Position numbers and translations under genes: made by a program
From: Leucoraja erinacea
Taxonomy: Eukaryota
Length of the DNA stretch: 64,000 nt
Reading direction: 5' to 3'
Assembly (NCBI RefSeq): GCF_028641065.1
Contig: NC_073391.1
Location: 42,408,001-42,472,000, forward strand
Shown: positions 27,778-41,625 of the stretch, one piece after another
How the letters are laid out: every line of letters begins with the position of its first letter
Position numbering within the stretch: the stretch's first letter is position 1
The notes under the pieces: model-generated
What the model saw: only the letters and a program-made list of their open reading frames with translations
Databases searched by the model: none
What the model was told of the DNA's origin: nothing

Positions 27778-28512
27778 CATTTGAATTTGATTCCTTTATT
27801 GTCATTCAGACCTTTTAGTCTGAATGAAATTACGTTGCCTGCAGTCATACACAATAATAATAAATAACAAAACATACAATAAACACAAATTAATATCCAC
27901 CACAGTGAGTTCACCAAGCACCTCCTCACTGTGATGGAGGCAAAAGTCTTAGTCTCTATCTCTTCCCTCCTTGTTCTCCCTCTGTGCTGAGGCGACCCAG
28001 GCCGAAGATGCCGCCATCCAGTCCAGCGGATCTCCGTGGTGATGTCGCCGATGCCGAAAGCCGGAACGCCGTCTCCGCTCCGAGTCGGCCCGCCACAGCC
28101 TCTCAGCTCCGAGTCCAGCTGCCTCAGTGAGTTGGGCCACCACTGCATCAGCTCCAAGTCCCGCTGCCTCAGCTCCGAGTCCCACTGCATCAGCTCCGAG
28201 TCCCGCTGCCTCAGTGAGTCGGGCCACCGCTGCATCAGCTCCGAGCCCCGGTGCATCAGCTCCGAGTCCCGCTGCATCAGCTCCAAGTCCCGCTGCATCA
28301 GCTCCGGGCCCCGCTGCCTCAGCTCCGGGCCCCGCTGCCTCAGCTCCGAGCCCCGCTGCCTCAGCTCCGGGCCCCGCTGCCTCAGCTCCGGGCCCCGCTG
28401 CCTCAGCTCCGAGCCCCGCTGCCTCAGCTCCGGGCCCCGCTGCCTCAGCTCCGGGCCGCTGCCGAAAGCTGGAACGCCGCATCAGCGAGCCGGGCCGCTG
28501 CCGCTACAGCCC
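27778..28512 (-). mobile_element. GC-rich SINE-like element (core hairpin plus Rex-type tail) containing a 21-bp minisatellite
   Basis: 27778-27975 is similar to the reverse complement of 30530-30728. Confidence 0.7.
28099..28457. repeat. 21-bp minisatellite (cgctgc[c/a]tcagctccg[g/a]g[c/t]cc), ~17 units
   Basis: Read directly from the sequence; two units are 24-bp variants. Confidence 0.95.
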
Positions 28513-28702
28513 TTCAAAATAATTCAAAATAAAATAGCACTTTACAAATTGAAATGTAATTTATTTGGCAATAAAAAACAAGCACAATACTAACCATTGC
28601 CAGACAACAATATAACTGTGAGGCATTGTAAAGATCCAGGGGCTTTAAACAGGAACTGTGGAAAATGTAAACAATGTCCTCTGGTCTGAGCCGTTGCAGC
28701 TC

Positions 28703-28995
28703 AGTTTAGTTTAGAGATATAGCACGGAAACAGGCTCTTTGCTACCGATTAGGCGGTCCCTACACATTAACACTATCCTACTCACGCACTAGGGACATTT
28801 TTTACATTATTTTACACCAAGCCAATGAACCTGCAAACCTGTACGCATTTGGAGTGTGGGAGGAAACCAAAGATCTCGGAGAAAACCCACGCAGGTCACT
28901 GGGAGAACACACAAACTCTGTACATACAGCACCCAGGATCAAATCTGGGTCTCTGGCGCTGTAAGGCGATAACTCTACCGCTGTGCCACCATGCC
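28703..28995 (-). mobile_element. HE1-like V-SINE
   Basis: Tail, V-core and tRNA head in reverse orientation. Confidence 0.8.
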
Positions 28996-29979
28996 TCCCG
29001 CTTGGACAAGCAAGGCTAAAAATCCACTTGTGTTATCTAATCTGTCTTGATATCATCTAGTTTTACAATAGAAATTTTATTTCCATTTGTGATGCTGGAC
29101 ATTTAAGGAAAATTCTCTTGCTTGTAATTTTCTCCCACTCATAATAAAATCACCATTTTGAGGCAATTATTACTTGGAAATATGTTCTTTGTTTGAAATG
29201 CGAAAATACCACAACAGTGGCTGAATTTCAAGTTACCTGAGGCAAAGAACTGAAAAATTCATGTTCCCTCAAAGACAGCGTGGTCAATTTTTGGCAACAT
29301 ATCAGAGGAACTCTCTCTTATTGTCTTCAATTTATGTGCATTATCAGATACAGTGAACAAACAATAATCCAACAATGCATTTTAACTAGTTTTATTTAAT
29401 TCCGAATATCTTTTATTGCTGTTGTTGCAACTGACACATTTTGCCATTTTATTTTTGTTTTGCATGACTGGAATTTTTCATAATTAAGGATGTGTTAGCT
29501 CACAATTGCATGTGTAATGAATCTCTGCTAGAGCATAAACTAATGCAGCGAGTCAGGCCCAGAACTCCATTCTTGGTACCTGTGTTCAGATTAATATGAT
29601 TGCAATCTCTTTCAGAATTCTGCAAAAACTGCAGAATTTTATAGCACAAAAGTTATTGTTCAGTTCGTTGTGTTCGCTGACTATATATGCTGCAGAAATG
29701 TTTCCTGCTCTTTGGTAACTTTATATCTTCCTATGCAGTGGATTGCTTACCATTTTTGGTGTTCTCTACTTTAGTGGAAGCAGCTCCAATATCTACCCTG
29801 TATCAGTAAATATCAATTCTGGTGTTCCAATCCAAATCGTTAAAAATATTATGTGAAATATACCCACATTTCCAACTTCTCCTTTAACCATTTGCCTTTA
29901 TGAAATGTGTATCAGTTTACAAGAACTCATTATTTGGTTATGACGCAATTGCCTCAAATTTCTAATTAATTGTTAATCC

Positions 29980-30728
29980 GGTGTGGCGGCGCCTTGTGGC
30001 AGCGGCTCGACTGCAGTCCGTCTGTCTTCTTTTTGTCCTGTTAGGTGTATGTTTTTGGTTTTAGTTTTACTTTATTTTTAGCTGTGTATATGTGGGGGAG
30101 ATGGGGTGGGGAAAATTTTTTAATCTCTTCCCTGAACAGGGACGCGACCTTTTCCCATTGAGTCTCGGTTGTTGGTGTCTAACATCGTGGAGCTGGCTGG
30201 AATCGACCTGGGGCTCCAGTCGCAGAGCCTGCAAGCTCACCATCGCGGAGCTGGCTGACTTCGGAGCGCAGAGCACTTTGGTGGCAAGTGGCTGCTTCGG
30301 AGGCTTCGGCTGCTGGCCCTGAGGACGGTAACATCGGGAGCTCGTGGATCCCCGGTGGTAGACCGCTTTTCGGAGCTCCCGCAGCGGCAACTTCGCCCGC
30401 CCGAATCAAGGGGTTTAAATCGACCCGGAGCGGGGCCTTACATTGCCCAGCACGGCTTAAAAGGCCGTGGGACTTACCATTGCCTGCCGGGGGGCTCGAT
30501 GCAGCAGTTTGACTGCTTGACTGCGGGAGAAGAATACAGAACAGGGAAGAGATAAGACTTTTGCCTTTCATCACAGTGAGGAGGTGTTTGGAGATTCACT
30601 GTGATGGATGTTTGTGTGAAATTGTGTTAATTGTGTGTTTTGGTTTTTTGCTGTTATGACTGCAGGAACGAAATTTTGTTTGAGCCTTGTTGTTTAAATG
30701 ACAATAAATGGCATTCTATTCTATTCTA
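29980..30728 (+). mobile_element. GC-rich SINE-like / non-autonomous retroelement, longest copy
   Basis: CpG-rich body, core hairpin CATCACAGTGA..TCACTGTGATG, then tgacaataaa and (attct)n tail. Confidence 0.7.
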
Positions 30729-31079
30729 ATCACGGAGGCAATTGGACAGCTGATTCTGGGAGAGAAAAAAGTTGGAAGGTATTCTGAGTGTGGAACTAAG
30801 ATCTGTTGTTTGGATTGTGATTTAGTCTGTATTTGATTATAGATTAGGAGCCGAGTGCTTAACTAGTCTTGTGACTTCAGTGTTAACATTGATGATCTAA
30901 ACTCACACATTTAAACATGCATGCAATCATATGTACAATTTTTTTGTAAGTAGATAAGTACAGATAGACAATGAACGTTACAGTACAAATTGTCATGTGT
31001 AACTGGGCTCTCTTTTTAAAAATTGGCCCGTTAGAGATTACTCGTGACTGTTGTTCTTCAACTACAGCTTGGCATTCAA

Positions 31080-32700
31080 CGCCATTGTCTCTTCCATGCT
31101 CCGTGTAAAATCAGGGAACTGGGCCTCTGCTCCTCCCAATGCAACTGGATCCTCAACTTCCTTATTAGCAGACCTCAATCTCAGTGCCGATTGACAACGT
31201 CTAGTTGAGCATCAGGACAGGGCCACCTTGATCAGCCCCCTGACCTACTTTCTACACCCTTTACTGTAGCTAGACCTGGCTCCAAATCCACCTTTAACTT
31301 TGCCGAAGATAGACACAAAAAGCTGGAGTAATTCAGCGCGTCAGACAGCATCTCTAGAGAAAAAGAATAGGTGACGTTTCGGATTGAGTCCCTTCTTCAG
31401 TCCATCTCCAGAGATGCTGTCTGACCCGCTGAGCTTTTTGTGTCTATCTTCGGTTTAAACCAGCATCTGCAGTTCTTTCCTACACTTTAAATTTATCAAT
31501 GATACCAACGTTGTTGTATGTAGAACAGATAATGCCAAGTCAGAATACTGGAAGGAGATACATAACATAGTTCAGTGATACCAGAATAACAATCTTGCCC
31601 TGAACATTCAGAAGACCCAAGAAGGTCATTTTGACTACAGATAGGATATACTGAGGGAACTGCCCCAATCCTCATCGGCCGAATGGCAGTGACAAGGATC
31701 AATAGCTTCATGTTTTTTGGGCGTTCACATCTCTGACCTGCTCTGGGCCCAGCACATTGTTGCATTCACTAAGAAAGCTCGCCAATGCCTCTCTTCTCAG
31801 AAGTTTAAGAAGATCTTCTTTAGTCAAAGGGTGGTGAATCTGTGGAAATCTTTGCCACAGAAGGCTGTGGAGGCCATCAGTGGATATTTTTAAGGCAAAG
31901 ATAGATTTTTGATTACTAGTCACTTGACCTTATGAGATTCAGCATGTCACCGAATATGCAGGATTCATTGCCACAGACAACTGTGGAAGCCAAGTCAATG
32001 GATATTTTTAAGGCGGAGATTGACAGATTCTTGATCAGTAAGTGTATCATGGGTTATGGGAGAAGGCAGCAGAATGGAGAGGAGATGGAAAGATAGATCA
32101 GCCATGATTGTGTAGCGGAGTATTGTGTAGCGGAGTAGAGGCCTAATTTTGCTCCTAGAATTTATGAATACTCTTGAACTTCTACAAGTATACGGTAGAG
32201 AGAATACTGACTGGTTGCCACAAAACCTGGTTCGTAACTCGAGCGCTCAGCCAAGAGGAAATCGATAGAAAGTGGTGTAATTGCCAAGTCCATTCTAACC
32301 TCCCCAACATAGAGATCTACAGGAAGTGCTGCTTTAAAAAAGTAGCAAATATCATCAAAGGCTATTTGCACCACTCTATGCAAGGTTCTCTTCCTGTTGC
32401 TGCCATTGGGAAGAAGTGCAGGAGCATGGGAACTGTTAATCTCTCGTTCAAGAACAGCTTCTCCCCATCAACCACAAAGTTACTAAATCACCCTGCACAA
32501 CCCTAACCACAATCCAAACTTGGCAGGGAACCACTGCAGACATTGCACAACTTTGGTTGCACTATGTGCTTTCCTGGTCTAATTTACAATGAATTCAGTT
32601 ATTCAAAGTATATTTATTGTTGTTATGTTGCATTTAATGTGTCTGTAAAACAGCGCTGTAAGAATTTCATTGTTCCGGTTCATGGCAATTAAACACTTTA
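31080..32700 (+). mobile_element. Degenerate Rex1/Babar LINE interrupted by a Penelope hairpin (31305-31485) and CR1 pieces (31812-31920, 31960-32165)
   Basis: tgcaactggatcctcaacttc (CNWILNF), tttgccga (FA-D); ORF 32174 NFYKYTVERILTGCHKTWF...SFKNSFSPSTTKLLN. Confidence 0.7.
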
Positions 32701-32912
32701 GATCAAAAGCACAAATTTATTGAAATCTTGCTACAATGAAAATGGCTGAGAAGGCCATAATTAGTTGGTACATTTTAAAGAAGTTTACTTTCGCTTTGTG
32801 TAATGAAATTGCAGTCCATATTTATGCCATTTAACCATGTGAAAGTAGTTTCAGTATGAAAGGTCTTTTTTTGGCATAAGACATTGCAGGTATTTTCAAC
32901 AATCTGCAGGTA

Positions 32913-33528
32913 ACATAGAAAATAGGTGCAGGAGTAGGCCATTCGGCCCTACGAGCCTGCACCGCCATTTAATATGATCATGGCTGATCATCCAACTCAG
33001 TATCCTGTACCTGCCTTCTCTCCATACCCCCTTATCCCTTTAGCCACAAGGGCCACATCTAACTCCCTCTTAAACATAGCCAATGAACTGGCCTCAACTA
33101 CCTTCTGTGGCCGAGTTCCAGAGATTCACCACTCTCTGTGTGAAGAAAGTTTTTCTCATCGCGGTCCTAAAGGATTTCCCCCTTATCCTTAAGCTGTGAC
33201 CCCTTGTCCTGGACTTCCCCAACATCGGGAACAATCTTCCTGCATCCAGCCTGTCCAACCCCTTAAGAATTTTGTAAGTTTCTATAAGATCCCCCCTTAA
33301 TCTCTTAAATTCTAACGAGTACAATCCGAGTCTATCCAGTCTTTCTTCATATGAAAGTCCTGACATCCCAGGAATCAGTCTGGTGAACCTTCTCTGCACT
33401 CCCTCTTTGGCAATAATGTCCTTCCTCAGATTTGGAGACCAAAACTGTACGCAATACTCCAGGTGTGGTCTCACCAAGACCCTGTACAACTGCAGTAGAA
33501 CCTCCCTGCTCCTATACTCAAATCCTTT
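32913..33528 (-). mobile_element. Young CR1 LINE 3' fragment (ORF2 C-terminus)
   Basis: ORF 33094-33489: LYRVLVRPHLEYCVQFWSPNLRKDI...RTRGHSLRIRG; near-identical to 57545-58170. Confidence 0.9.
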
Positions 33529-34478
33529 TAGCTGTTTTACCAGCCATTAGCTGTTCCTCCAGCACTGGTGTTTGAGAGAGTTTACCCCTAGCTATTATCT
33601 ACCTGCACTTGTGTACTTTGTGTGGCAGCAGTGTCAATTAAATGTGAGGTGTAATGGCAATTTCTTAACTTTCCAATGTCCAACTTTGATAGCCATTACT
33701 ACTCGGGGATGTAGAAGAGATATAGCTTGCGCACTCGCAGATTGTAAAAACTAATCTTCCAGTCGTTGTTACTTGATTAATTAATCTTTTATTGGAGTGA
33801 TTCATATCAAGTATTTCTTATTCCAATACAAATTGTATCTTTTCAATCTTACTAACTGTTTCATCCATGTCGTTTGAGAGTAGTAGTAAAACAACTCTCG
33901 TCTCAACCATCCCTCGAGGCTAAACTAAATCCTAATCTTTGGTTACGCCAGCCTCCTCAGATGTAGACACACCCTACTACGTATTAAATCCCACCCACAA
34001 ACATACAAAAAAGATAAAACTAGCTATAGTATACTAACTTAAGCATAAATGGCTCCTACATGAGGTGTTCACTCTTGAGTAGAATCTTTTCTCCACTACT
34101 CTCAATGTCACATTCTCATGCTCGTGTGTATTTAGTTGGCAGTGCTACTTCCAAGGATCTAGTTTTTCTTCTCCAAGGATCTCCTCCAAGGATCTAGGTT
34201 CTCGTCCCCCAACCTAGATCCATGAGGGCACGAGCACATTTTGGCTGAAATCGGTAAGCTTGGCAAAAGGAAAAAAAGGAAAATGTAGTCAGGAAGTGGG
34301 AACATATTTGGATAGTTTCCTTATTTCACCCATGCTCATAAACCCCAAATTCACTAGTTAAAGTGCTGGAGAAGATGGTTGCATCGCCTCTTCTCTTGAT
34401 TTTTCTCTCCTTTAGGACATGCAGAACAAAAGCCAATCTTCTACCAGGTCTGTATGAGCACCTTGTATTTATAAGTTA

Positions 34479-35406
34479 TTAGACCAAGTGGGACCCGTTG
34501 GGTCCCGTTCCCCCAACGCAATATTCCCCCAGTAGCACTTGCCTAACTGCGCAGGTGTGGCTGGCAAGTGGTGGTGCGACTGTGACGTTTTTAAAGTTTA
34601 AAATGGCAATAACATAAAATGTAAGATCAATGTGACTGCATCTCACTCTCCCTCTTCAGTACCCTATTCCCCTCCTCCATTATTCTCCCTCTCCCCACCC
34701 TCCACAAACCCTCCTCTGCTTCCTCCCCTCACCCCCTCCCTCCCCTCCTCCATTACCTTGCCATCCCACTTCCTACCTCTATCCTCCTCCATTCCCCCTT
34801 TCCACAACACTCCCTCCCCCTCCTCTTCACCCTCCCTCTTTCCCCCCTCCTCCCCTCCCCCTCTCCCTCCCTCCCTCTCGCCCCTACTTCCCCCCCCCCC
34901 CCTCCTTTCCCCTAGCCTCGGTCACTCCCTCCCTCCATAACCCATCTACCCTCCTCTCCCTCTATCCCTCTGCTCCCCCACTCCTCATCTCCCCCCTATC
35001 TCACCCCCCCCCCCCCCCACAATGACAATCGCAATGGTTTTAAAATTGAATTCTCAATGAAAATGTTAATGAAAACGGAAGAATTTGATTAAAACGAAGT
35101 TTAAAAAAAATTAAAAAATTAAAAAAACAATTTCTGTAAATGAGATTTGGGATCCCATTATGAAGTCATTGTAACGCGGATGATAGGCAGGGCAAATGGA
35201 AAAGTGTTAAAGTGGTTTTTGTAAAGTAAAATGTCAATAACTTGTAAAATATAACATCAATCCGAACGAAACTTGTCTCTTTTACATCCCAGGACAATGG
35301 TGAGTAAGGTGGGCCAGAAATTGTAGCACTATCGTGTACCGTTTTGGCGGAGTTTTGAAAAGTCACGCACTCACACGTATAAAACAGAGAGTTTTAGTAA
35401 TATAGA
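34479..35406 (-). mobile_element. Non-autonomous Helitron
   Basis: Minus strand: host A | 5'-TCTATATTAC... GGGACCC-AAC-GGGTCCC hairpin, ACTTGGT, CTAA-3' | host T; no TSD. Confidence 0.75.
34640..35018. repeat. C/T-rich low-complexity polypyrimidine tract inside the Helitron
   Basis: (CCCT/CCT)n-like sequence with long C runs. Confidence 0.85.
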
Positions 35407-35842
35407 TTTATTGCAATTTAAAAAATATATAAACAATTTAGAAACTTGCTAGTTTGTCAGATTTTAATTGTAGTATTCCTAATGGCCATATGCATTTCCC
35501 TTTGGTCTCTTTCCCAGTATAATTAGACAGATATTCAGACATCGAAAAGAGGGTAAGACTGGGTAAATTATAATGAATTAATCTTCATTTTCCTCATCTC
35601 CAGAAGCTGAAAATACTGTTGAAAACGTCATTTAATACTTTCCTAAAATGTGCTCTACAATAGATGCTTGCAGCTTATGCCGGAAAAGTTCTAAATTACT
35701 GGATACTCTCATGTTGTAACTTCAAACGTGGCTTTGCTCTCAAACCCTGGCTTCCAACTATCCAGAGGATTTGGTAGTTTGCCGAGCTGTTTCTCTATCA
35801 GCAAAGGTTTATTTTTTAATGTGAATATTGGTATCGAATTAG

Positions 35843-36130
<288 letters not shown>

Positions 36131-36877
36131 TGATATAAAATGAACAAGATGTGCTGTTGAATTGTACTTGTTGCATTTTCCCAGTTGGTGCGAAATGTAT
36201 TTTGTACTTAATCTTCAAAACTTGAACCCTGTTTTGTTTAGTGCCTTGATTGATGAATTAATTGATTCATCAAAATCCTGTTTTATTTTAAATCTGCAGA
36301 GCCATGTTGGATGTTGGTAAATAGATATAATAGGTACTGATGTAAAACAAATTGACAATCAAATCGCTCAAACTATGTTTTAGCCTGCCTTGATTCAGCT
36401 GCGGGCATCCCAGGAGGATCCCAGTTTTTCAGCAGCAAGTTCCTTGAATAGAATCCTTGGAGGCTCATTGTGACTTTGAAAAATTAAATACATTTTCCTG
36501 ACACTTTACCTAGATTTGAAGTTGCAAGTTCATTGAACTGAAGGGTAGAATTTTATCCTCGTTAGCTTTCATAATGTCCTGCTTGCAAAATGTTATTGCA
36601 AGGAATCTAGCAAGGACAGGTTTCTCCAACCAAGTATATTGGAGCACAAAGGAAGCCCAAAAACCTATATATTGATCCTCTCTTCTGCCCCCATTCATTA
36701 CTCTCTTCCTTTGCCTATTGCATTAAAATTATTGCCAGTTTTGGTATTCCAATTATTCTGAGTTTAAGTTTATCAAACGCACTGAGAGCATGTGCAAAAC
36801 TCTGCAATTCAGTAAAATTATAGGAGCAGCCAGCACTGCAAGCATTACTCCAAATGCGGCCTAAGCAAAGACCTATT

Positions 36878-37015
36878 CAGACTGAAGAAGGGTCCCAGCC
36901 CGAATCGTCACCTATCCATTTTCACCAGAGACGCTGCATGACTCGCTGAGTTACTCCAGCATTTTGTATCTTTCCTTGGTAAACCAGTATCTGCAGTTAC
37001 AAGTTCCTGTTTCTA
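36878..37015 (+). mobile_element. Penelope terminal repeat
   Basis: ctgaagaagggtcccagcccgaatcgtcacc...gctgagttactccagcattttg. Confidence 0.7.
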
Positions 37016-37954
37016 CTAATGCAATGGGTTACAACATTTAATAAGGATTGACTACTGTCAGTTATAGAATGTATATAATATTGCATAAGGCATTTAATAA
37101 AGTAATTCAAACAGAGTAATTTTTAGAAAAATTAAGGCACATGGTTTCGAGCACATGTATCAGCAGTTTTAAAGTTGGAACACCTTGAAATTTTTTAAGG
37201 TAAATGAATGTTCGTTCCCTTAATTGGTGTCTCATGGATAAACTTCTGACACGTGTAGATATAGATAATTTGGATGCAAGTATGTGGAGCACAATCTAGA
37301 CATTTTGATGACACAACAATAGTAATCTTGTCAAAATCTTGGAAAGGTCTAAAATGCTTCCAGAAGAAAGTTTAGCAGAATGTAGGAGATTGGTCTGTGT
37401 TGTGTGACTTAAAACACTTTGAGGAAATAAAAAAACAAAAGACTGCAGATGTTAAAATAAAACATAAAAGCCTTGTAAACACCTCGGCAGATCAGTCAAT
37501 ATCTGGATAGAAAAGCAGTTAATGCTTAAAGTCGAAGATCAAGAGATGTTTCTTAATGGTTTTGCTTTACACAGAGGCTGTCTGATGCCACCCCTCCCCC
37601 AATGTCTCCAAATGTTATTTTTAAAGCAGAGTATTTGAGCATACAAACCAGCAAGACCAACTACTTCAACTTGTGTAATATTGCCTGACTCCAGCTTATT
37701 CATTTGCTGCTGAAATATCATTTGGTTTACTGCTACATCACTTCTTAGTAAATCACAAGAGTCACGGCTTGGACTCAAATGCATTGCTTGCGTTTAAATG
37801 ATAATTACGTATAATTCTCTCTGCTGGCAGAAAAGTCTTCTCTGAGCTTCTGGTCCCTCCTTGCAATAATTATTCCGGTGTGTCTAGACCCTCCCTTTTG
37901 AATTTCTGAATTTTAAAAACTCATTAAAAGTAAAAATGTATGTCATGTAACTAA

Positions 37955-38170
<216 letters not shown>

Positions 38171-38219
38171 AATATTTTTATGGGAAAATTAAAACTGCAA
38201 GAAAAAGGAAACACACTTG

Positions 38220-38225
38220 AATAAA
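38220..38225 (+). terminator. Candidate proximal poly(A) signal AATAAA
   Basis: AATAAA 50 nt after the stop codon, in the context ACTTGAATAAACTGAAA. Confidence 0.45.
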
Positions 38226-41200
38226 CTGAAAGCAAGTACCTTTTTTAATGGCAATAGGACAATGTGTCAAGTAAAATGCTACACCAGTTATAGGAACAAT
38301 GATCTTTTCCTGACCAATGTTGTTTAGCCCCATACACATACATCCACGAGGTTTTGACACTGTTGTCCAATGAAAAATGATTGCGTAGTTATATATCTAT
38401 ATACATTTTTTGTGTGAAATGACGCACAAAAGCGCAATCAGGATAAAAGAGGCACTTTCCCGTTTAATTCCAGTTTTATAAAAAGTGGAGACAGATCTGG
38501 TGTGTACGTAGGAAATCTTTTCCTTTTATGTTATGTTGCCAACAGTAGGTGCTCATTTACCTGTACAAAGGTTTAAGCCCTGCCCCCTTTAAATCTATAT
38601 AACAGTAGATCAGTCTGTTATCAGCCAGGAGGATCTTTGAGAAGGTTTGCATAAAATGCATGTTTTTTGGTGGGGAAAAGGGATTTGAGAGAATGCACAG
38701 AAAGGAAGGAAAAAAAAAATCCATAGTCTGGTTCCAGTACCACCGGCGGCCTTTTGCACCTTTTTGCGAGCCGTTTGGCCCGGCAGGTTGTGCAATTGGC
38801 CGGTACTGCTGCTTGCTTTTTGTGCTTTCAAAGCACACTGGTGCTAGAAGAGGCAGCTGGATTGAGAAAAAAAAAATCTTTCTGGGAGGAGGCTTGAACC
38901 CTGGACAAAAAGACCCAAAATCTGCTGGTCCACAGATGGTCAGATTGTGGAGTCTGTGTAGGGCAAATTTTCAAGCTTTTTCCTTCCTTTCCTAAGGGAT
39001 GTTGCAAGATGGTGTCCCTTGGTAAAAAAAAAAGGCTCAATTTTATAAATGTGGCAGCATGCCAGCTCAAAATATGACAGTTAATGTAAAAAGGAGAATT
39101 TTACGATGATTTAATAAGTTAGCTAGAATTATTTTAATTGGTGCTGCTCCACATGTCCTTTGTAACCAAGGCCAGTGCTTGAAGTTGATCACTCTTTTGT
39201 TAGTACTGTTTTGGACTATAAGTCAGTATCTATATAACTTATCTTCATTATGTTTGTGTAGTTCTAGCTGTTTTATTTCTATTGGCAAGATGCCTTCTTT
39301 CTCCACATCTCATATTGGCATTTGATACTTGGTAAGGGCGAATTTTGGATTGGGAGTATGCAGCATGTTTAGGTGGCATGTGTCAGGGACATAAATGTGT
39401 GTTGTATGGAAGTAAACAGAAGTCACAGCCAATGTTTCAACAGGGTAAACTGATTTTAGCAAGGTCGTAGTATGCACAGAATTTTAACATGAAAATTAAG
39501 AGGTTTTGTATTCATATTCTAGGAAGCTGTTTGTACCTTCCTCATCTGTAACAGCATGAAATGAAGTCTCTTGTGTTCTGTTGGTTTATGTGTTAAGCCA
39601 GTAGTTGTCGTCATTTCCTGTGTTTGTCAGAAAATAGAACTGCATACTCCCACGGGGCCTAACCAAATGAAGTGACGTAGCCATGGTGAAAGTCTGTGAG
39701 AAATCTTTCATATTCTCTTGTAAGGGACAGAATCAAGGCTGTGTTTTAGCTATGGAAACCTGTATTTTACTGGAGGGTTAACGCATTAAATTGTACCTAT
39801 TATTTTCATTACTTCAGCACGAGATTTATTCTGCTTGGCCATTTGGTGATGGACAACTACAATTACAAAATTGCGTCTGGCTTGGGCTGGAAGTAACTTC
39901 CCAAAAAAACATTTAGTGTTGGTTAGTGTCTAGATGTTTCAGTTCTGGTGTCTGTTCTTGCTATAAACCACAAATCTTTTTTAAAAATCTTTCTTTGTAG
40001 TGGTGCTTTAAAACTGTCTAAAGGCTAATGTGAAGAGCATGAGTTGTGCAGTGAAAGAGAGATGGACAAATGTAGCTCAAGAGGGAAGGAATGCAGGTTT
40101 ATAGATCAAATTACAAGCTTCTGTTGACAGTTTTCTTTTATTGATGGAACTTTCCTTTTAACTTTTTTTATTGATTTCCCCCACCCCACCCCCCTTCAAA
40201 ATCCGTTCATTTCTGTTGCTAAATAACTGAACATTTGAGACATGCCACTTTTGAAGAGTTTCCTTATGTATATCATCTTTCATAAAGACGTTTACCACTA
40301 AATCTTATTTTTATATTGATAATAAAAAGGAAATTTTGACAACCAGGAGCAGGCAATAAACGCCCGTTTGTAAAAGGTGCACACGAAACAAGTGAAGGAA
40401 AACTTTCCTGCCTTACATGCCTTGGAAATACTTAGCTTGGCTTCAGGCAAAGTATTTATACAGCTTTATTTTCCCTTCAACATTAGGGGGCAAAGTGGCA
40501 GCCCTTTCATCTTCAAAACACTGACAATTAGATTCAGTGTCACTTGGAACGCTAAGGAGCTGGGGGTAAGAGCAGCTAATATTGTACTGGGCTTTTGCAC
40601 TGTAAGAGTTTTTTTTTTTCATTTTCTGTTGAAAATCGAGGGTGTATTGGGGTCCATAAACAACTTTTCCAAACCTTCCAAAGGTTTGCATGCTGAAGCT
40701 GGAATAGGTGGCAATAGTATGTTTTCATATTCTTGTATTGATACCATCCTTGTAGAGTCAGACATACGTTACTTTGACTGAAAGTTGTCCAGTCTCTTTT
40801 TTTTATTTATGACAGTATTCATAACTGGTCTGGTAAAGACTTTCTGTAGATTATCTCTCTTGAGTTTCCAGACTATATGCTTAATAAAAAACAAATTCTT
40901 TGGATGTGCAGCAGCTTAATGTCTGAAATTGTTTGTTGACAGCATCACTGTAAAGGAATTTATTTTGGCCATCTTTAGTCATCTGTAGCCCCACTGAATT
41001 ATATTTGCCACGGTAAAAACACAAAGGGCAGTTGCATGGGTAGCTTCAGGGGTCGTGCGCTGTGGCACAAGTTATGGACCGAGTGGATTTCACAGGCAAC
41101 ATCAAATATCCAAGTTTCAGCTTTAAACCATTCATAAGGTGCCAGTGTTGAGAGTCCATTTCATTAGTAATACCAGATTTGTGCAATATGTTTAACAAAG

Positions 41201-41625
41201 CCTGTGGTTGCCACGAAGTGCCTCTTGTTTACTTAAAATACTGTTCAAAAATTTGTCATCATGCATGCAGATGGAGAAAGGTGGAACTGTGCACTATAAA
41301 GGGGCTTCACTGCAGTGTAGGACAATGCTGCCTGCTGCTCTACCTGTTCAGATTTGGATTTTGTTTCATATAAAAGATGTATACAGAAATATATTTTCAG
41401 CCTGTAAAACAGCCTTTTCCATTTCAGCCTGTTAAAGATACTATTGTGCTGTGCAGCTATTTGCTCTCTGTGTAATGCCATGCACTGAGAATACACAAAA
41501 AGTAAACCAACAAATGTAAATTGTACAGGTTATCGATGCTCATAAAATCCAATGTCCATTTGTTATTGTATGTGTTGTTTGTTAACAACCCTTTATCTTA
41601 CTGTTATAAACTCCACTTAAAACCA

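Noticed and set aside
28099-28457. CRISPR-like array
   Set aside because: Contiguous tandem units without unique spacers; eukaryotic context and no cas genes.
27777-28593. Five long overlapping ORFs (93-185 aa) on both strands
   Set aside because: Produced by a GC-rich 21/24-bp tandem repeat with unit length divisible by 3; no gene structure.
34632-34940. Pro/Ser-rich 102-aa ORF
   Set aside because: Low-complexity C/T tract inside the Helitron.
40377-40781. 134-aa ORF in the 3' UTR
   Set aside because: GTG start, no recognisable similarity; the region fits conserved UTR.
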